From Planctomycetota bacterium (GTDB lineage Bacteria; Planctomycetota; UBA1135; UBA2386), in the NCBI GenBank assembly GCA_965228735.1, contig OZ245838.1, positions 6,176,001 to 6,240,000 of the forward strand: 64,000 bases of DNA, written 5' to 3'. A program made the translations under genes and the position numbers. Shown here in pieces: positions 1-9,474 of this stretch (its first letter is position 1; every line of letters starts with the position of its first letter). The notes beneath the pieces are model-generated. The model had not been told where the DNA came from and did no database searches. It saw only the letters and a list, made by a program, of their open reading frames with translations.

Positions 1-1
1 G

Positions 2-109
2 GCCGCGGTCTTCGTGCGACCGAGCCTGTTCGACGGCGAGTCGGACACGGGCGGTGCCGGCGATCCGAACGATCGCCGGCGCGCGATCCGGCGCAAGCTG
101 TTCGGCTGA
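2..109 (+). CDS. 3' end of an unknown CDS entering from the left edge
   Basis: Open frame AAVFVRPSLFDGESD...AIRRKLFG* with GC3-rich codons, ending TGA at 107-109. Confidence 0.5.
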   Translation, partial: AAVFVRPSLFDGESDTGGAGDPNDRRRAIRRKLFG

Positions 110-191
110 CGCGGGGCGCGGCCCGGGCCGGAGCGAATGCTGTTCGTCGTGGCGTGGCATTTCGCCGACGCCTCGGCATCATCGTGCGCCC

Positions 192-1370
192 GTGACCGAG
201 ACTGCAGACGTCGTAGTCGTCGGCGGCGGCATCATCGGCTGCGCGGTCGTTCACGCGCTCGCGCAGCACCTGCCCCGTTCGACCCGTATCGTGCTCCTCG
301 AGCGTGGCCCGATCGCCGGCGCCACGTCGGGTTCGAGCATGGGGCACCTCATGGTCACGCCCGACACGGCGCAGGACTACGCGTTCAGCCGCACGAGCGT
401 GCGGCTCTGGGACGAGCTCGCCGAGCGCATGGGTGGCTTCTACCACCAGCCGACCGGCGCGCTCTATCTGGCGGACACGCCGGAAGACATCGACCTGATC
501 CCGGTCCTGCGGCGACAGTTCGAGGAGAACGGCGAACGCTGTGAGGTGCTCGACGAGCACCGCCTGCGCGAGCTCGAGCCCGGCCTCGCCCCCGACGTTC
601 CGGGCGCGCTGTTCTACCCCGGTGATGGCGTCGTGTTGCCGATGCTCGCGTGCGGCGCGATGCTGCGCGAGGCGCGGCAGCAGAACGAGAACGTGAGCGT
701 GCGGGCCGAGTGCCCCGTCACCGGCTTCGACAAGGAGGGGGATCGCATCGCGCGCGTCCGAACCGTGCGCGGTCAGATCGCGACGCCGCTCGTCGTCAAC
801 GCGACCGGGGTCTGGGCGCCGGAGATCGCGCAGATGCTCGGGCAGCCGCGGTTGCCGATCTGGCCGCGGGCCGGCAACCTCGCGATCACCTCGCACCATG
901 TCACGCCGATCCGTACGCAGCTGCTCGAGATCAGCTACCTGCGCTTCGCGCACGGCGCGGCCAAGGTCGACCCGGCGGGCACCGACGATCCCGGCGGCCA
1001 CGCCGTCAATATGCAGCCGCAGAGCCACGGCGGGTGTCTCATCGGCAGCACGCGGCAGTTCCGCGGCATGGACCGCACGCTGAATCGCGAGCTGTTGCGA
1101 CGGTCGCTCGAGCGCGCGCAGCGCTACGCGCCCGCGCTCCGGTCCGCGCCGATCGTGCGCACCTGGGTCGGACTGCGCCCGTACGCGGACGGTGGCAAGC
1201 CGCTGATCGGACCGTGGCCCGGGCTCGAGGGGCTGTGGATCGCGGCCGGCCACGAAGGCCTCGGGATCTCCCTCGCGCCGATCACGGGCCAGCTCATCGC
1301 CCGGCAGATCGCGGGCGTTGCGCCGCTCGTCGATCCGACACCGTACCTGCCGGCGAGGTTCGCGGCATGA
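192..1370 (+). CDS. FAD-dependent oxidoreductase, DAO family (D-hydroxyproline dehydrogenase beta / HcnC-like)
   Basis: GTG start at 192, then VVVVGGGIIG Rossmann motif, GATSGSSMGHL, IGSTRQF, W.GLRP and AGHEGLGISLAP. Confidence 0.85.
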   Translation: MTETADVVVVGGGIIGCAVVHALAQHLPRSTRIVLLERGPIAGATSGSSMGHLMVTPDTAQDYAFSRTSVRLWDELAERMGGFYHQPTGALYLADTPEDIDLIPVLRRQFEENGERCEVLDEHRLRELEPGLAPDVPGALFYPGDGVVLPMLACGAMLREARQQNENVSVRAECPVTGFDKEGDRIARVRTVRGQIATPLVVNATGVWAPEIAQMLGQPRLPIWPRAGNLAITSHHVTPIRTQLLEISYLRFAHGAAKVDPAGTDDPGGHAVNMQPQSHGGCLIGSTRQFRGMDRTLNRELLRRSLERAQRYAPALRSAPIVRTWVGLRPYADGGKPLIGPWPGLEGLWIAAGHEGLGISLAPITGQLIARQIAGVAPLVDPTPYLPARFAA

Positions 1371-1666
1371 CGGGCCGCGTCGGTCATGACGGTCGCGCGG
1401 CCGTGGAGTTCTCGTTCGACGGTCAGCCGATCGCAGCGCGGGCGGGTGACACGGTCGCGATGGCGCTCTGGGCGGCCGGCGTGCGTGATCTGCGCCGCAG
1501 CAGTCGCCGCGGCGCCCCGCGTTCCGTGCTCTGCAACATGGGGATCTGCTACGAGTGCCTCGTCGACGTCGATGGTGAGGCGGTGCGCGCGTGCATGACG
1601 GTCGTGCGGCCGGGGCTCGTCGTCGAGACGGGTGGCCGGCCGATGAGCGAGGACGCCAACGCATGA
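1367..1666 (+). CDS. (2Fe-2S)-binding subunit (LhpE/HcnA-like)
   Basis: ATGA overlap with the upstream stop. FSFDGQPIAARAGDTVAMAL and CNMGICYECLVDVDG...RAC cluster motif. Confidence 0.9.
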   Translation: MTGRVGHDGRAAVEFSFDGQPIAARAGDTVAMALWAAGVRDLRRSSRRGAPRSVLCNMGICYECLVDVDGEAVRACMTVVRPGLVVETGGRPMSEDANA

Positions 1667-3072
1667 CCGACCTGCTGCATCGCGCCGAGGTCGGCATCGT
1701 GGGGGCCGGGCCCGCGGGCATGGCCGCCGCGGATCGACTCGCGCGCGCCGGCCGCCGGGTCGTCGTGCTCGACGAAGGGCAGCGCGCCGGCGGGCAGATC
1801 TTCCGGCAGTTGCCGCGCGGCCTCGCGGCGCCGGCGAACAGTCACGAGCCGCCGAGCCACGATCACGGCCACGCGCTCATCGAACGGTTCGAGCGGCCGG
1901 AGATCGAGCTGCTGTCCGGCGCGACCGTCTGGGACGCGCAGCCGGGTCGGCTGTGGTTCGAACACGACGGCCGCTCGCACCTGCTGCAGTGCGAACGCAT
2001 CCTGCTCGCGCCCGGCGCGATGGACCGTTGCATCCCGTTCCCCGGCTGGACCCTGCCCGGGGTCCTCACGGCCGGGGCGCTGCAGGTCATGGTGCGCGGG
2101 TTCGGTGTCGTGCCCGGCAAGCGCGCGCTCGTCGTGGGCTCGGGGCCGCTGTTGTTGCCGACCGTGACCGCGCTCGCTGGCGCCGGTGTCGAGATCGTCG
2201 CCGCGCTCGAGGCGAGCTCGCGCTGGGGTGCCCTGCGCGCGCTGCCCGGCGTGCTCGGGAACGCGGCGCGCTTTCGCGAAGCGACGTGGTACATGCGCCA
2301 GCTGCTCAAGGCCGGCGTGCGCCTGCGGTGGGGCTGGACCGTGTTGCGGTGCGAGGGCGACGGCAAGGTCGAGCGCGCGGTGATCGCGCGCGTCGACCGC
2401 GCGGGGCGGCCGCGCGCCGGCTCGGAGCAGACGATCGAGGTGGACGTCGTCGGCGCGGGCTTCGGACTCGTGCCCTCGGTGGAACTCGGGCTGCGCCTCG
2501 GGTGTGACACCAGACTGCTGCCGGCCCGCGGCGGCCACTGCCTCGTCGCCGACGAGCACCAGCGCACGACGATCGGTGACGTCTTCGCTGCCGGTGAGAT
2601 CTGCGGCATCGGCGGGGCCGAGGTCGCGAGCGCCGAGGGTGAGCTCGCGGCGGCGGCGATCGACGAGTCGCTCGGCGGCGTGCCCGTGCCGCCGGCCGTC
2701 GTCACGAAGGCCGCGCGTGAGCGCCGCGCGGCGGATCGCATGTTGCGCGCGTTCGCGCCGCTGCCCGGGCTCTACGACCTCGCCGACGACGACACGATCG
2801 TCTGCCGATGCGAGGACGTGACGCGCAGCGAGGCCCGCGCCGCCGCGCAGCTGCACGGCGAGTCCGCGCGCGCGATCAAGGTTGGCTGTCGCGCGGGCAT
2901 GGGGCCGTGTCAGGCGCGCATCTGCGGTCCGTCCCTGCAGGCGCTCGCGACCGGCGATCCGGCGCGCGCGATGGACCCGCCCGTGGTGCAGGTCCCGATC
3001 AAGCCGGTGCGCACGTCGACGATCGTCGATGCGCCGGCCCCCGTCGCGCTCGACGACCCGGCGGTCGGGTGA
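1663..3072 (+). CDS. NAD(P)/FAD-dependent oxidoreductase with C-terminal BFD-like 2Fe-2S domain (LhpF/HcnB-like)
   Basis: ATGA overlap. IVGAGPAG, PFPGWTLPGV, VCRCEDV and RAGMGPCQARICG motifs. Confidence 0.9.
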   Translation: MTDLLHRAEVGIVGAGPAGMAAADRLARAGRRVVVLDEGQRAGGQIFRQLPRGLAAPANSHEPPSHDHGHALIERFERPEIELLSGATVWDAQPGRLWFEHDGRSHLLQCERILLAPGAMDRCIPFPGWTLPGVLTAGALQVMVRGFGVVPGKRALVVGSGPLLLPTVTALAGAGVEIVAALEASSRWGALRALPGVLGNAARFREATWYMRQLLKAGVRLRWGWTVLRCEGDGKVERAVIARVDRAGRPRAGSEQTIEVDVVGAGFGLVPSVELGLRLGCDTRLLPARGGHCLVADEHQRTTIGDVFAAGEICGIGGAEVASAEGELAAAAIDESLGGVPVPPAVVTKAARERRAADRMLRAFAPLPGLYDLADDDTIVCRCEDVTRSEARAAAQLHGESARAIKVGCRAGMGPCQARICGPSLQALATGDPARAMDPPVVQVPIKPVRTSTIVDAPAPVALDDPAVG

Positions 3073-3117
3073 GTAGCGCGCCGCGGCCGGGCAACGGCTG
3101 CGGCTGAGCGCCGCGCG

Positions 3118-3489
3118 CTACTGACCGAAGCGCAGTTCGGAGCTGTTCGCCGCGAGATCGACGTCGACGAAGATCTCGCCGCCGAGTCCGACCGGGCTCG
3201 CCGCCGGATCAGCGGGCAGCAGGTTCACGGGCTTGAGCGTAACGCGCCAGATGTAGCGGCCGTCGAGGATGCGCTCCGTGGCGCCGGTCACGCGGTGCTC
3301 GTCGCCACTGCGCGCGTCCGTCGAGGCGTCGAGCGCGATCGCGACCGCGCGTTCGAGCCGTTCGGTCGTCGGCGTCGAGCGCGCGGTTCCGGTCGCCGAA
3401 CACGCCGCGCTGGCGAGAGCCGCGAGCCCGGCACCGAGGGTCAGGAGCGTTCGTAGGAGCAGGGGGGTTCGGAGCGAGCTGCAGACCAT
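3118..3489 (-). CDS. Hypothetical lipoprotein
   Basis: Hydrophobic N-terminus ending LASAAC (lipobox-like), 123 aa. Confidence 0.6.
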   Translation of the reverse strand: MVCSSLRTPLLLRTLLTLGAGLAALASAACSATGTARSTPTTERLERAVAIALDASTDARSGDEHRVTGATERILDGRYIWRVTLKPVNLLPADPAASPVGLGGEIFVDVDLAANSSELRFGQ

Positions 3490-3499
3490 GCGCGCTCGA

Positions 3500-3563
3500 G
3501 ACGCAGGCGGCGCGGCCCTGTTCCCGGAATCTGCGACTCCGGGTTCCCGGATTCCGCGATTCC
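3500..3563 (-). promoter_or_regulatory. ECF-type promoter candidate (GGAAC-N16-CGTC) within a 21-bp direct repeat pair
   Basis: Minus strand GGAAC (3524-3520), 16 nt, CGTC (3503-3500), 10 nt before the ATG at 3489. Repeats GTTCCCGGAATCTGCGACTCC (3520-3540) and GTTCCCGGATTCCGCGATTCC (3543-3563). Confidence 0.45.
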
Positions 3564-3583
3564 CGCCGCCGAGCGCTTCGCCC

Positions 3584-4573
3584 TCAGCGAAGGTCCACTG
3601 CCAGCGCGACGCGATCGGCGATCCGCGCCGCCCGCTCGCCGACCGTGGTGCCGGGGTGCTTCTCGGCGAACGCGCGCAGCCGCCGATCCGCGCCCTTGCC
3701 GGGCTTCTTGCGCGTCAGCGGCCGGGTGAGCTTCTGCAGCTTCTTCGCGAGGGCGAGCTCCCGTTGGCCCGTGTCGTCGGCGAAGCGCTCGGCCGTGGCG
3801 TCGACGGCCGCCGTGAGGCTGGCGTCGCCGGTCACGCTCTTGCGCAACGTTTCGAGGGCCGCAGCGGCGCGCAACCACTCGTTCTCGCGCAGCCACTCCA
3901 CCGCGGCGAGCCGGCGCGCGAAGGCGGCGGCCACCTCGTCGTCGAGCTTGCCCGCGGCGGCTTCACGCGCGGCGACGAGTTGCCCCTTGCCGTAGAGCAG
4001 GCTGCGCGCCTTGGCCACGCTCTTGTCCTCGCCCCAGCCGTCGTCGAGCTGCTGCATCGCGGTCTCGACCGCGGGCGCCAGGTCGCTGCCGCGCTTCGGT
4101 TCGCTGCCCGCGTCGACGAGCGTGCCGTCGGGCGCGATCACGGCCCAGTTCGGCGGCATGCCGTCCGCCTGCCAGTCCCACGTCGCGCGGACGCGGTCGC
4201 AGATGCGGATGTCCGTGCTCGGGAAGCGCTTCATGAACCACGCGCCGAGGTCGACGTTGGCCGTGCCGTCGCCGTAGGTGCCGCCCGCGTCGATCCGGGT
4301 CGCGATGACGACGAGGCCGCGGTCGCCGTGTTTCTCGTGCAGCCCGATCGCGCGCCGCAGGGCGCCGAGCCCGCTGAAGACGTCGGCGAACTGCACCACG
4401 ACGACCGGCTGCCCCTCGAACTCGCCGAGCTTCTGCCGGCCGTCGCCGTGGATGAACTCGGGGAACGTCAGGTCGGGGACGGCCTGGCCCGTGCCGGCGC
4501 CTTGCGCGGGGAGCGCACCGGGCGCGGCCGTCGCCAGTCCGAGAGCGAGGAGGATTCGCGTGGAGTGGTTCAT
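3584..4573 (-). CDS. Secreted protein with redoxin/thioredoxin-like N-terminal fold lacking CxxC
   Basis: Signal peptide MNHSTRILLALGLA. GQAVPDLTF...KLGEFEGQPVVVVQF...LHEKHGDRGLVVIA...PNWAVIAPDG resembles the AhpC/TlpA pattern. Confidence 0.65.
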   Translation of the reverse strand: MNHSTRILLALGLATAAPGALPAQGAGTGQAVPDLTFPEFIHGDGRQKLGEFEGQPVVVVQFADVFSGLGALRRAIGLHEKHGDRGLVVIATRIDAGGTYGDGTANVDLGAWFMKRFPSTDIRICDRVRATWDWQADGMPPNWAVIAPDGTLVDAGSEPKRGSDLAPAVETAMQQLDDGWGEDKSVAKARSLLYGKGQLVAAREAAAGKLDDEVAAAFARRLAAVEWLRENEWLRAAAALETLRKSVTGDASLTAAVDATAERFADDTGQRELALAKKLQKLTRPLTRKKPGKGADRRLRAFAEKHPGTTVGERAARIADRVALAVDLR

Positions 4574-4794
4574 CCGCAGCGCGGCGCAACGGTCGTGCCG
4601 CCCGGGAAGTGCGTCGGATCGAACGCCGGGTTGCACCGGGCCGACGCGAGGCGTGCGGTTCGTCACACGAGGTCGGGGAACGACGCCCGGTTCGTCGGTC
4701 ACGAACCGAACGCCCGAGCCGAAGCGCACGCAGGTAACGGTCGGCGAAACGCCCGGGTGTCATCCGCGCAGGACACCGGCAGCGGGAACTCCGC

Positions 4795-5373
4795 TCAGAG
4801 TCGTCGAACCGCCTCCGACCGGCAGCCGTCCTGCGCGTCGTACGTGAGCAGCGTCGCATCCGGCCGCGCGTGCCGTCGCATGAGCTCGTAGAGCCAGTCC
4901 TCTTCGCCGGGCCACGGGTACGCGAAGACGAGATCGAACGCGTCGAGCTGCATGCCGATCTCGTCGTAGGCGTCGTCGCCCTCGGTCGGCGTGATGCGTT
5001 CGCTGTCGAGGTTCTCGATCTCGTCGCGGTAGTCGAACGGCACGAACGAGCCTTCGACGAACGTCGCGTCCGAGTCGAACTCCTTCGCGAGCGCGTTGGA
5101 CTGCGGCACGAGCCAAGGCTCGATCTCGATGCCGTAGGATTCGAGTCCGAGCAGGTCGGCGAGGATCGTCACGACGCCGGCGGCCGAGCCGAGCTCGAGG
5201 AACGTGCCGCCGTTCTCCGCGAGCGGCTCGAGCGCGCGGTAGACCGCGACCTGATCACACGGCACGAACAGGTGGTGGCGGCCACCCGCAACGGTCTCGA
5301 ACCGATCCCAGATGTGCTTGCCGCGCTGCACGAGCTGATCGACCGTGCGGTGGGGGACCCTCGGCTCGGTCAC
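4795..5373 (-). CDS. Class I SAM-dependent methyltransferase-like protein
   Basis: GTG start overlapping the upstream stop. FLELGSAAG, YGIEIE and FDLVFAYPWP motifs. Confidence 0.8.
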   Translation of the reverse strand: MTEPRVPHRTVDQLVQRGKHIWDRFETVAGGRHHLFVPCDQVAVYRALEPLAENGGTFLELGSAAGVVTILADLLGLESYGIEIEPWLVPQSNALAKEFDSDATFVEGSFVPFDYRDEIENLDSERITPTEGDDAYDEIGMQLDAFDLVFAYPWPGEEDWLYELMRRHARPDATLLTYDAQDGCRSEAVRRL

Positions 5374-6062
5374 CCTCGCCTCGCGATCATCACGAGCGCC
5401 GCCGGGTGCTCGAGGGCGAAGATCTCGCAGGCGGGGAACCCGGCGGCCAGAACCGTGGTCCAGACGTCGGCGCCGAACTCGGTATGCACGCGCTGGTCCT
5501 CGTCGGTCGTGCCGGGTGCACCATGGAACGCAGGCGGCAGGTCCGCGCGCGAACGCGTCAGTCGGCCGACGATCGTCGGCACGGTGAACAGGAGCGTGCC
5601 GTTCGGACGCAGCACCCGACGGCATTCGGCGAGGGCCTGCACGGGATCGGGGATGTGCTCGAGCGTGTCGCTGTGGATCACGAGGTCGTAACTCGCGGAC
5701 TCGATCGCGAGCTCCTGCATGTCGAACTCGGGATATTCGATCCGGCGATGACCCGGACAGCTGCTGAGCGTCGCGGTCAGGCTGTCGGCCGCGTTGATCT
5801 CGAGCAGTCGAACCGGGTTGTCGGCGTGGCAGAACCCGCGCAGGGTCGCGTGGCCGGGCGCGAGCCGCAAGATCGCCGCGGCGAGCGCCATGGCGCGCAG
5901 GTTGTTGCGGCACGTCGTGCAGTGCAGGCCCTGCTGGCGGTTGATGTAGTGGACCTCGTCGGCATTCAGCTCCCAGGCGGTGACGAGCTCGTCGAACAAC
6001 ACGTCTGCTGTGGCAAAGTCGACGCTCCCGCAGACAGGGCACGGACCGGCGAAAGGCGGCAT
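5370..6062 (-). CDS. Class I SAM-dependent methyltransferase (type 11-like) with N-terminal Cys pairs
   Basis: CPVC...CTTC, then YDLVIHSDTLEHIPDP...ECRRVLRPNG. Confidence 0.85.
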   Translation of the reverse strand: MPPFAGPCPVCGSVDFATADVLFDELVTAWELNADEVHYINRQQGLHCTTCRNNLRAMALAAAILRLAPGHATLRGFCHADNPVRLLEINAADSLTATLSSCPGHRRIEYPEFDMQELAIESASYDLVIHSDTLEHIPDPVQALAECRRVLRPNGTLLFTVPTIVGRLTRSRADLPPAFHGAPGTTDEDQRVHTEFGADVWTTVLAAGFPACEIFALEHPAALVMIARRG

Positions 6063-6100
6063 GGCAAGTGGTTGTATCGCAGGCGGCCGGCCAGTTGCTG

Positions 6101-6259
6101 TGTGTCTGAAGTTCGGATCAGGAGTCCGCGTTCCTGGGCGTCGTCCGCAAGGCGCGGCGACGCGGGGATATCGGTGGCCGTCGATGGGATGGGGCGAGAA
6201 GGCGCAACGCCGCGGACGGCGTCCAGGGGCGCGGGCTTTCTATGCGAACTTCGGACACA
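6101..6259. mobile_element. MITE-like non-coding element with 48-bp imperfect inverted repeats
   Basis: Arms 6101-6148 and 6212-6259 match at 37/48 as reverse complements. Ends are TGTGTC(T/C)GAAGTTCG, with CTAG just outside the right arm. Confidence 0.55.
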
Positions 6260-6270
6260 GACCGCTAGAT

Positions 6271-6915
6271 CTAGCGCGCATGGCGCTCGAAGAAGCGCAC
6301 GTCGTCGGCGAGGATCGTCTCCAACTCGCGCCACTCGGCCGATCCGGGCTCGACCCGATCCTGGCTCGGGGGCTTCGGCGTCGCGTTGAGTCGGACGGAG
6401 GCATCGAGCGTCGCGCCGGTCAGGTCGCCGAGCGCGGCGAAGAAGCTGGCCCGCTCGTCGTTGCGGCCGATCAGGTCGAAGCGGTCCATGTCGAACCCGG
6501 CGAAGTAGGTCTCGGAGTAGAGCCGCCGCAGGATCGGCAGGCGCGCGGTTTCGACCAGGGACAGTTCGTGCCGTAGGAAGTGATCGTGCAGCACGTGCTT
6601 GCCGGGCGCCAGGGACCGCCAGAACGCATGGATCGAGATGAGGTTCTCGACCGGGTGTCGGAGCACGGTCGCGACGACCGTGTCCTCGTCGATGCGGAAC
6701 AGGCCGGGGTGGAAATGGCCGTGCACGCACTGACCGGCAGCGAGGCCGAGCTGCCGTCCGAAGTGGCGGTCCGGGTCGAGCTGCCGTTCGGCGAGCGGGT
6801 CCGCGGGATCATGGTCGTAGAGCGTTCGAAATCGATCGCCGTAGGCGCGGCGGAGAGTCTCGAGCGTCGACGTTCCTCCGGCCTTGGGCACGTGGACTGA
6901 TAACAGAGATCGCAC
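6271..6915 (-). CDS. Sulfotransferase-family protein
   Basis: HVPKAGGTST PAPS-binding loop, HGHF and TVLRHPVENLIS motifs. Confidence 0.8.
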   Translation of the reverse strand: MRSLLSVHVPKAGGTSTLETLRRAYGDRFRTLYDHDPADPLAERQLDPDRHFGRQLGLAAGQCVHGHFHPGLFRIDEDTVVATVLRHPVENLISIHAFWRSLAPGKHVLHDHFLRHELSLVETARLPILRRLYSETYFAGFDMDRFDLIGRNDERASFFAALGDLTGATLDASVRLNATPKPPSQDRVEPGSAEWRELETILADDVRFFERHAR

Positions 6916-7008
6916 GGCTACAGTGTGCCGGTGCGCGCAGGCTCGAAGAAGCGCACGCTGACGGAACCGTGGTTCGCAAGGACTGGCGGGTTGGCCGCGG
7001 TGCGGCGC

Positions 7009-7689
7009 CTACCGGTCCGGCGCGAGCCGGTAGCCGGCGCCGTGCACCGTCAGCAGCAGCTGCGGGTTCTTCGGATCGGCCTCGATCTTCTGGCGCAGCT
7101 GGAAGACGTGCGTGTCGACGGTGCGCGTCGTCGGCGTCGCGTCGTAGCCCCAGACGGCGCGCAGCAGATCGTCGCGCGAGCAGGTCTGCCCGCGGTGCTG
7201 CAGGAGGTGCGCGAGGAGCTCCGCTTCCTTGGGCAACAGTCGGAACTCGGCGTCGCCGCGGCGGCCGCGGTGACCCTGCAGGTCGACCTCGGCGTCGCCG
7301 AGCCGCAGTGACGCCGCGGGCTGATCGGTGCGGCGCTGCACGGCCTGGATGCGGGCATCGAGCTCGTGCACCGAGAACGGCTTCACGACGTAGTCGTCGG
7401 CGCCGAGTTTGAGGCCGAGAACGCGCTGGTCGACCTCGCCGTGCGCGGTGAGCACGATGACCGGTGTCTTGTCGCCGCTCTTGCGCAGCTCGCGCAGCAC
7501 GTCGAGGCCGTCGCCATCGGGCAACCGCAGGTCGAGCAGGACCATGTGGAACCGTTCGCCGGCCAGGGCGCTGCGCGCTGCAGCGACGTCGCCCGCCGCG
7601 TGCACGATCCACTCGCCGCGGCCCTTGAAGTAGTCGACGAGGCTCTCCTGGATGCCGGGGTCGTCCTCGACGACGAGCAGTCGGTTCAT
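7009..7689 (-). CDS. OmpR/PhoB-family response regulator
   Basis: LLVVEDD, LLDLRLPDGDG, GADDYVVKPF receiver domain, and winged-helix TRTVDTHVFQLRQKIE. Confidence 0.95.
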   Translation of the reverse strand: MNRLLVVEDDPGIQESLVDYFKGRGEWIVHAAGDVAAARSALAGERFHMVLLDLRLPDGDGLDVLRELRKSGDKTPVIVLTAHGEVDQRVLGLKLGADDYVVKPFSVHELDARIQAVQRRTDQPAASLRLGDAEVDLQGHRGRRGDAEFRLLPKEAELLAHLLQHRGQTCSRDDLLRAVWGYDATPTTRTVDTHVFQLRQKIEADPKNPQLLLTVHGAGYRLAPDR

Positions 7690-9467
7690 GATGCGGCTCC
7701 GTTGCCGGCTGCCGGGCCGGCGGGCAGTCGCAGCGCGAACACCGCGCCGACCGTGCCTTCGGCTCCCTTGTGATTGCCGTCCTTGACGTCGACCCGGCCA
7801 CCGTGCGCGCGCGCCGCGGCCGCGACGAGCGCGAGGCCCAGGCCGCTGCCCGGGACGCGCGCGGACTCGCGCCGCCGCACGAACGGTTCGAAGATCGCGC
7901 GCCGTTCGGGCGCGGGGATCCCGGGCCCGCTGTCCTCGATCTCGACGACGACGTCCGCACCGTCGGTGAACGCGCGCACCGTGACGGTCGACTCGGGCGG
8001 TGCGTACTTGGCCGCGTTCTCGAGCAGGTTGCGCAGCGCCCGCGTGACGACCTCGATGTCGGCATCGAGCATCGGCAGCGACCGCGGCGCGTCGACGTCG
8101 AGCCGTTGTCCAACGAGCCGCAGTGCGGGTCGCCCCGCGCGCAGGCCGCGCGCGAGCACGGCGCGCGCGGGCACCGTCTCGCGCTGCAGCGGCGCGCCCT
8201 TCTCGAGTCGCCCGAACGCGAGGATGCGATCGACCTGGTCGGTCAGTTTCTGCACCTCGCGGTAGAGCGACTGCAGGTAGTGCGCGCGGCGCGATTCCGG
8301 CACGTCACCCGTCGCGAGCATCTCGGCCTTGAGCGACAGCGACGTGAGCGGCGTGCGCAACTCGTGCGAGACGACGTCGACGAAGTCGCGACGCATGCGC
8401 ACGAGCGCGAGCTCGCGCCGGGTCAGCCGCCACACGATGAGGTTGCCGAAGACCAGCGCGAGCAGCGCGAGGGCGAGGCTGCCGCGCGCCGTCCACGTGA
8501 GCAGCCGGCTGTCGCGGAGTTCGGCGCTTTCGATGACGAAGTTCGCCGGGTCGAGCCCGGGCAGTTCGACGTCGAAGGCAGGGTGTCGCCGGTGCGCGGC
8601 CGCCGCCGCCGTGCGCCGCGCGGTCGCCACCCGCGCCGCTGGCAGCACGACGAGACGATCGCCGTCGAGCGGCACGAGCACGCTGCCGTTCGGCCCTGGG
8701 CCGATCGCCTCGGGGGCCGAGCGCCCGCCGAGCGCGATCGCGGCCTCCGCGTGCGCGCGCACGGCCGCGAGGTTCGGGTCGTCCGCGAGCTCCGGCAGCG
8801 CCTTGACGATGCCGTCCGCCGCGATCGCGACGGTCTCCGCGTCGAGCCGCAGGAGTTGCGCGACCGCGCGGGCACCGAGTTCGTCCCGTTCGGCCGGTGC
8901 CGTCGTCCAGTTCGCCGCGCGCAGGGCGGCGAGCAGCTCGAATGGCAGCGCGAGATCGGTCGCCGTCGCCGCGAATCGTTCGCGAGCGGTGGCGAGCAGC
9001 TCCGTCGCCCGCTCCGGATCCGCGCCCCCGACGAGCTCGCAGTACGACAGCCAGCCTTGCGGCGACAGACGATCGGTCTCGACCGCGAGCTCGAAGAACG
9101 GCAGGGCGCCGGCGTCGTCGCCAGCAGTGAGGCGCGCGCCGGCCGAGGCCTCGGCGAGCCCGACCGCTGAAGGTGCGTCCTCGGACACCGCCGCCGACGT
9201 GTACGTGCCGAACGGGCCGACGGCGCGCAGGTCGGCGTCGAGCGTCAGCGCGCAGCGCTCGGCGACCTCCGCGGCGGCGCGATGGAGTCCGGCCGTCAAC
9301 TCCCGTTCGGCCGTCGCCCGGCACTGCGACCCGGCCGCGGCCTCGTCGGCCTCGGCGCGCGTGATCGCGCCGCCGAACGACAGCCAGGCCCACACCCCGG
9401 CGGGCGCGAGCGGCAGGGCCAGCGCGAGCGCGAACGCGAGGCCGATGCGGGGCGAGCGGGACGTCAC
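7686..9467 (-). CDS. Membrane sensor histidine kinase
   Basis: Two TM segments, H-box VSHELRTPL, N-box NLLENAAKY, G boxes DSGPGI and GSGLGL. Overlaps the regulator start. Confidence 0.93.
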   Translation of the reverse strand: MTSRSPRIGLAFALALALPLAPAGVWAWLSFGGAITRAEADEAAAGSQCRATAERELTAGLHRAAAEVAERCALTLDADLRAVGPFGTYTSAAVSEDAPSAVGLAEASAGARLTAGDDAGALPFFELAVETDRLSPQGWLSYCELVGGADPERATELLATARERFAATATDLALPFELLAALRAANWTTAPAERDELGARAVAQLLRLDAETVAIAADGIVKALPELADDPNLAAVRAHAEAAIALGGRSAPEAIGPGPNGSVLVPLDGDRLVVLPAARVATARRTAAAAAHRRHPAFDVELPGLDPANFVIESAELRDSRLLTWTARGSLALALLALVFGNLIVWRLTRRELALVRMRRDFVDVVSHELRTPLTSLSLKAEMLATGDVPESRRAHYLQSLYREVQKLTDQVDRILAFGRLEKGAPLQRETVPARAVLARGLRAGRPALRLVGQRLDVDAPRSLPMLDADIEVVTRALRNLLENAAKYAPPESTVTVRAFTDGADVVVEIEDSGPGIPAPERRAIFEPFVRRRESARVPGSGLGLALVAAAARAHGGRVDVKDGNHKGAEGTVGAVFALRLPAGPAAGNGAAS

Positions 9468-9474
9468 GAGCGCT

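Noticed and set aside
192..3072. Hydrogen cyanide synthase hcnABC call
   Set aside because: Same families, but gene order and beta-subunit motifs fit D-hydroxyproline/opine dehydrogenase better. Left unnamed.
3584..4573. Selenoprotein (TGA read-through) in the redoxin-like gene
   Set aside because: The frame is open through the expected active-site position with no in-frame TGA.
6101..6259. Integron attC site
   Set aside because: Folding asymmetry is attC-like, but the AAC...GTT core ends are absent and no integrase is present.
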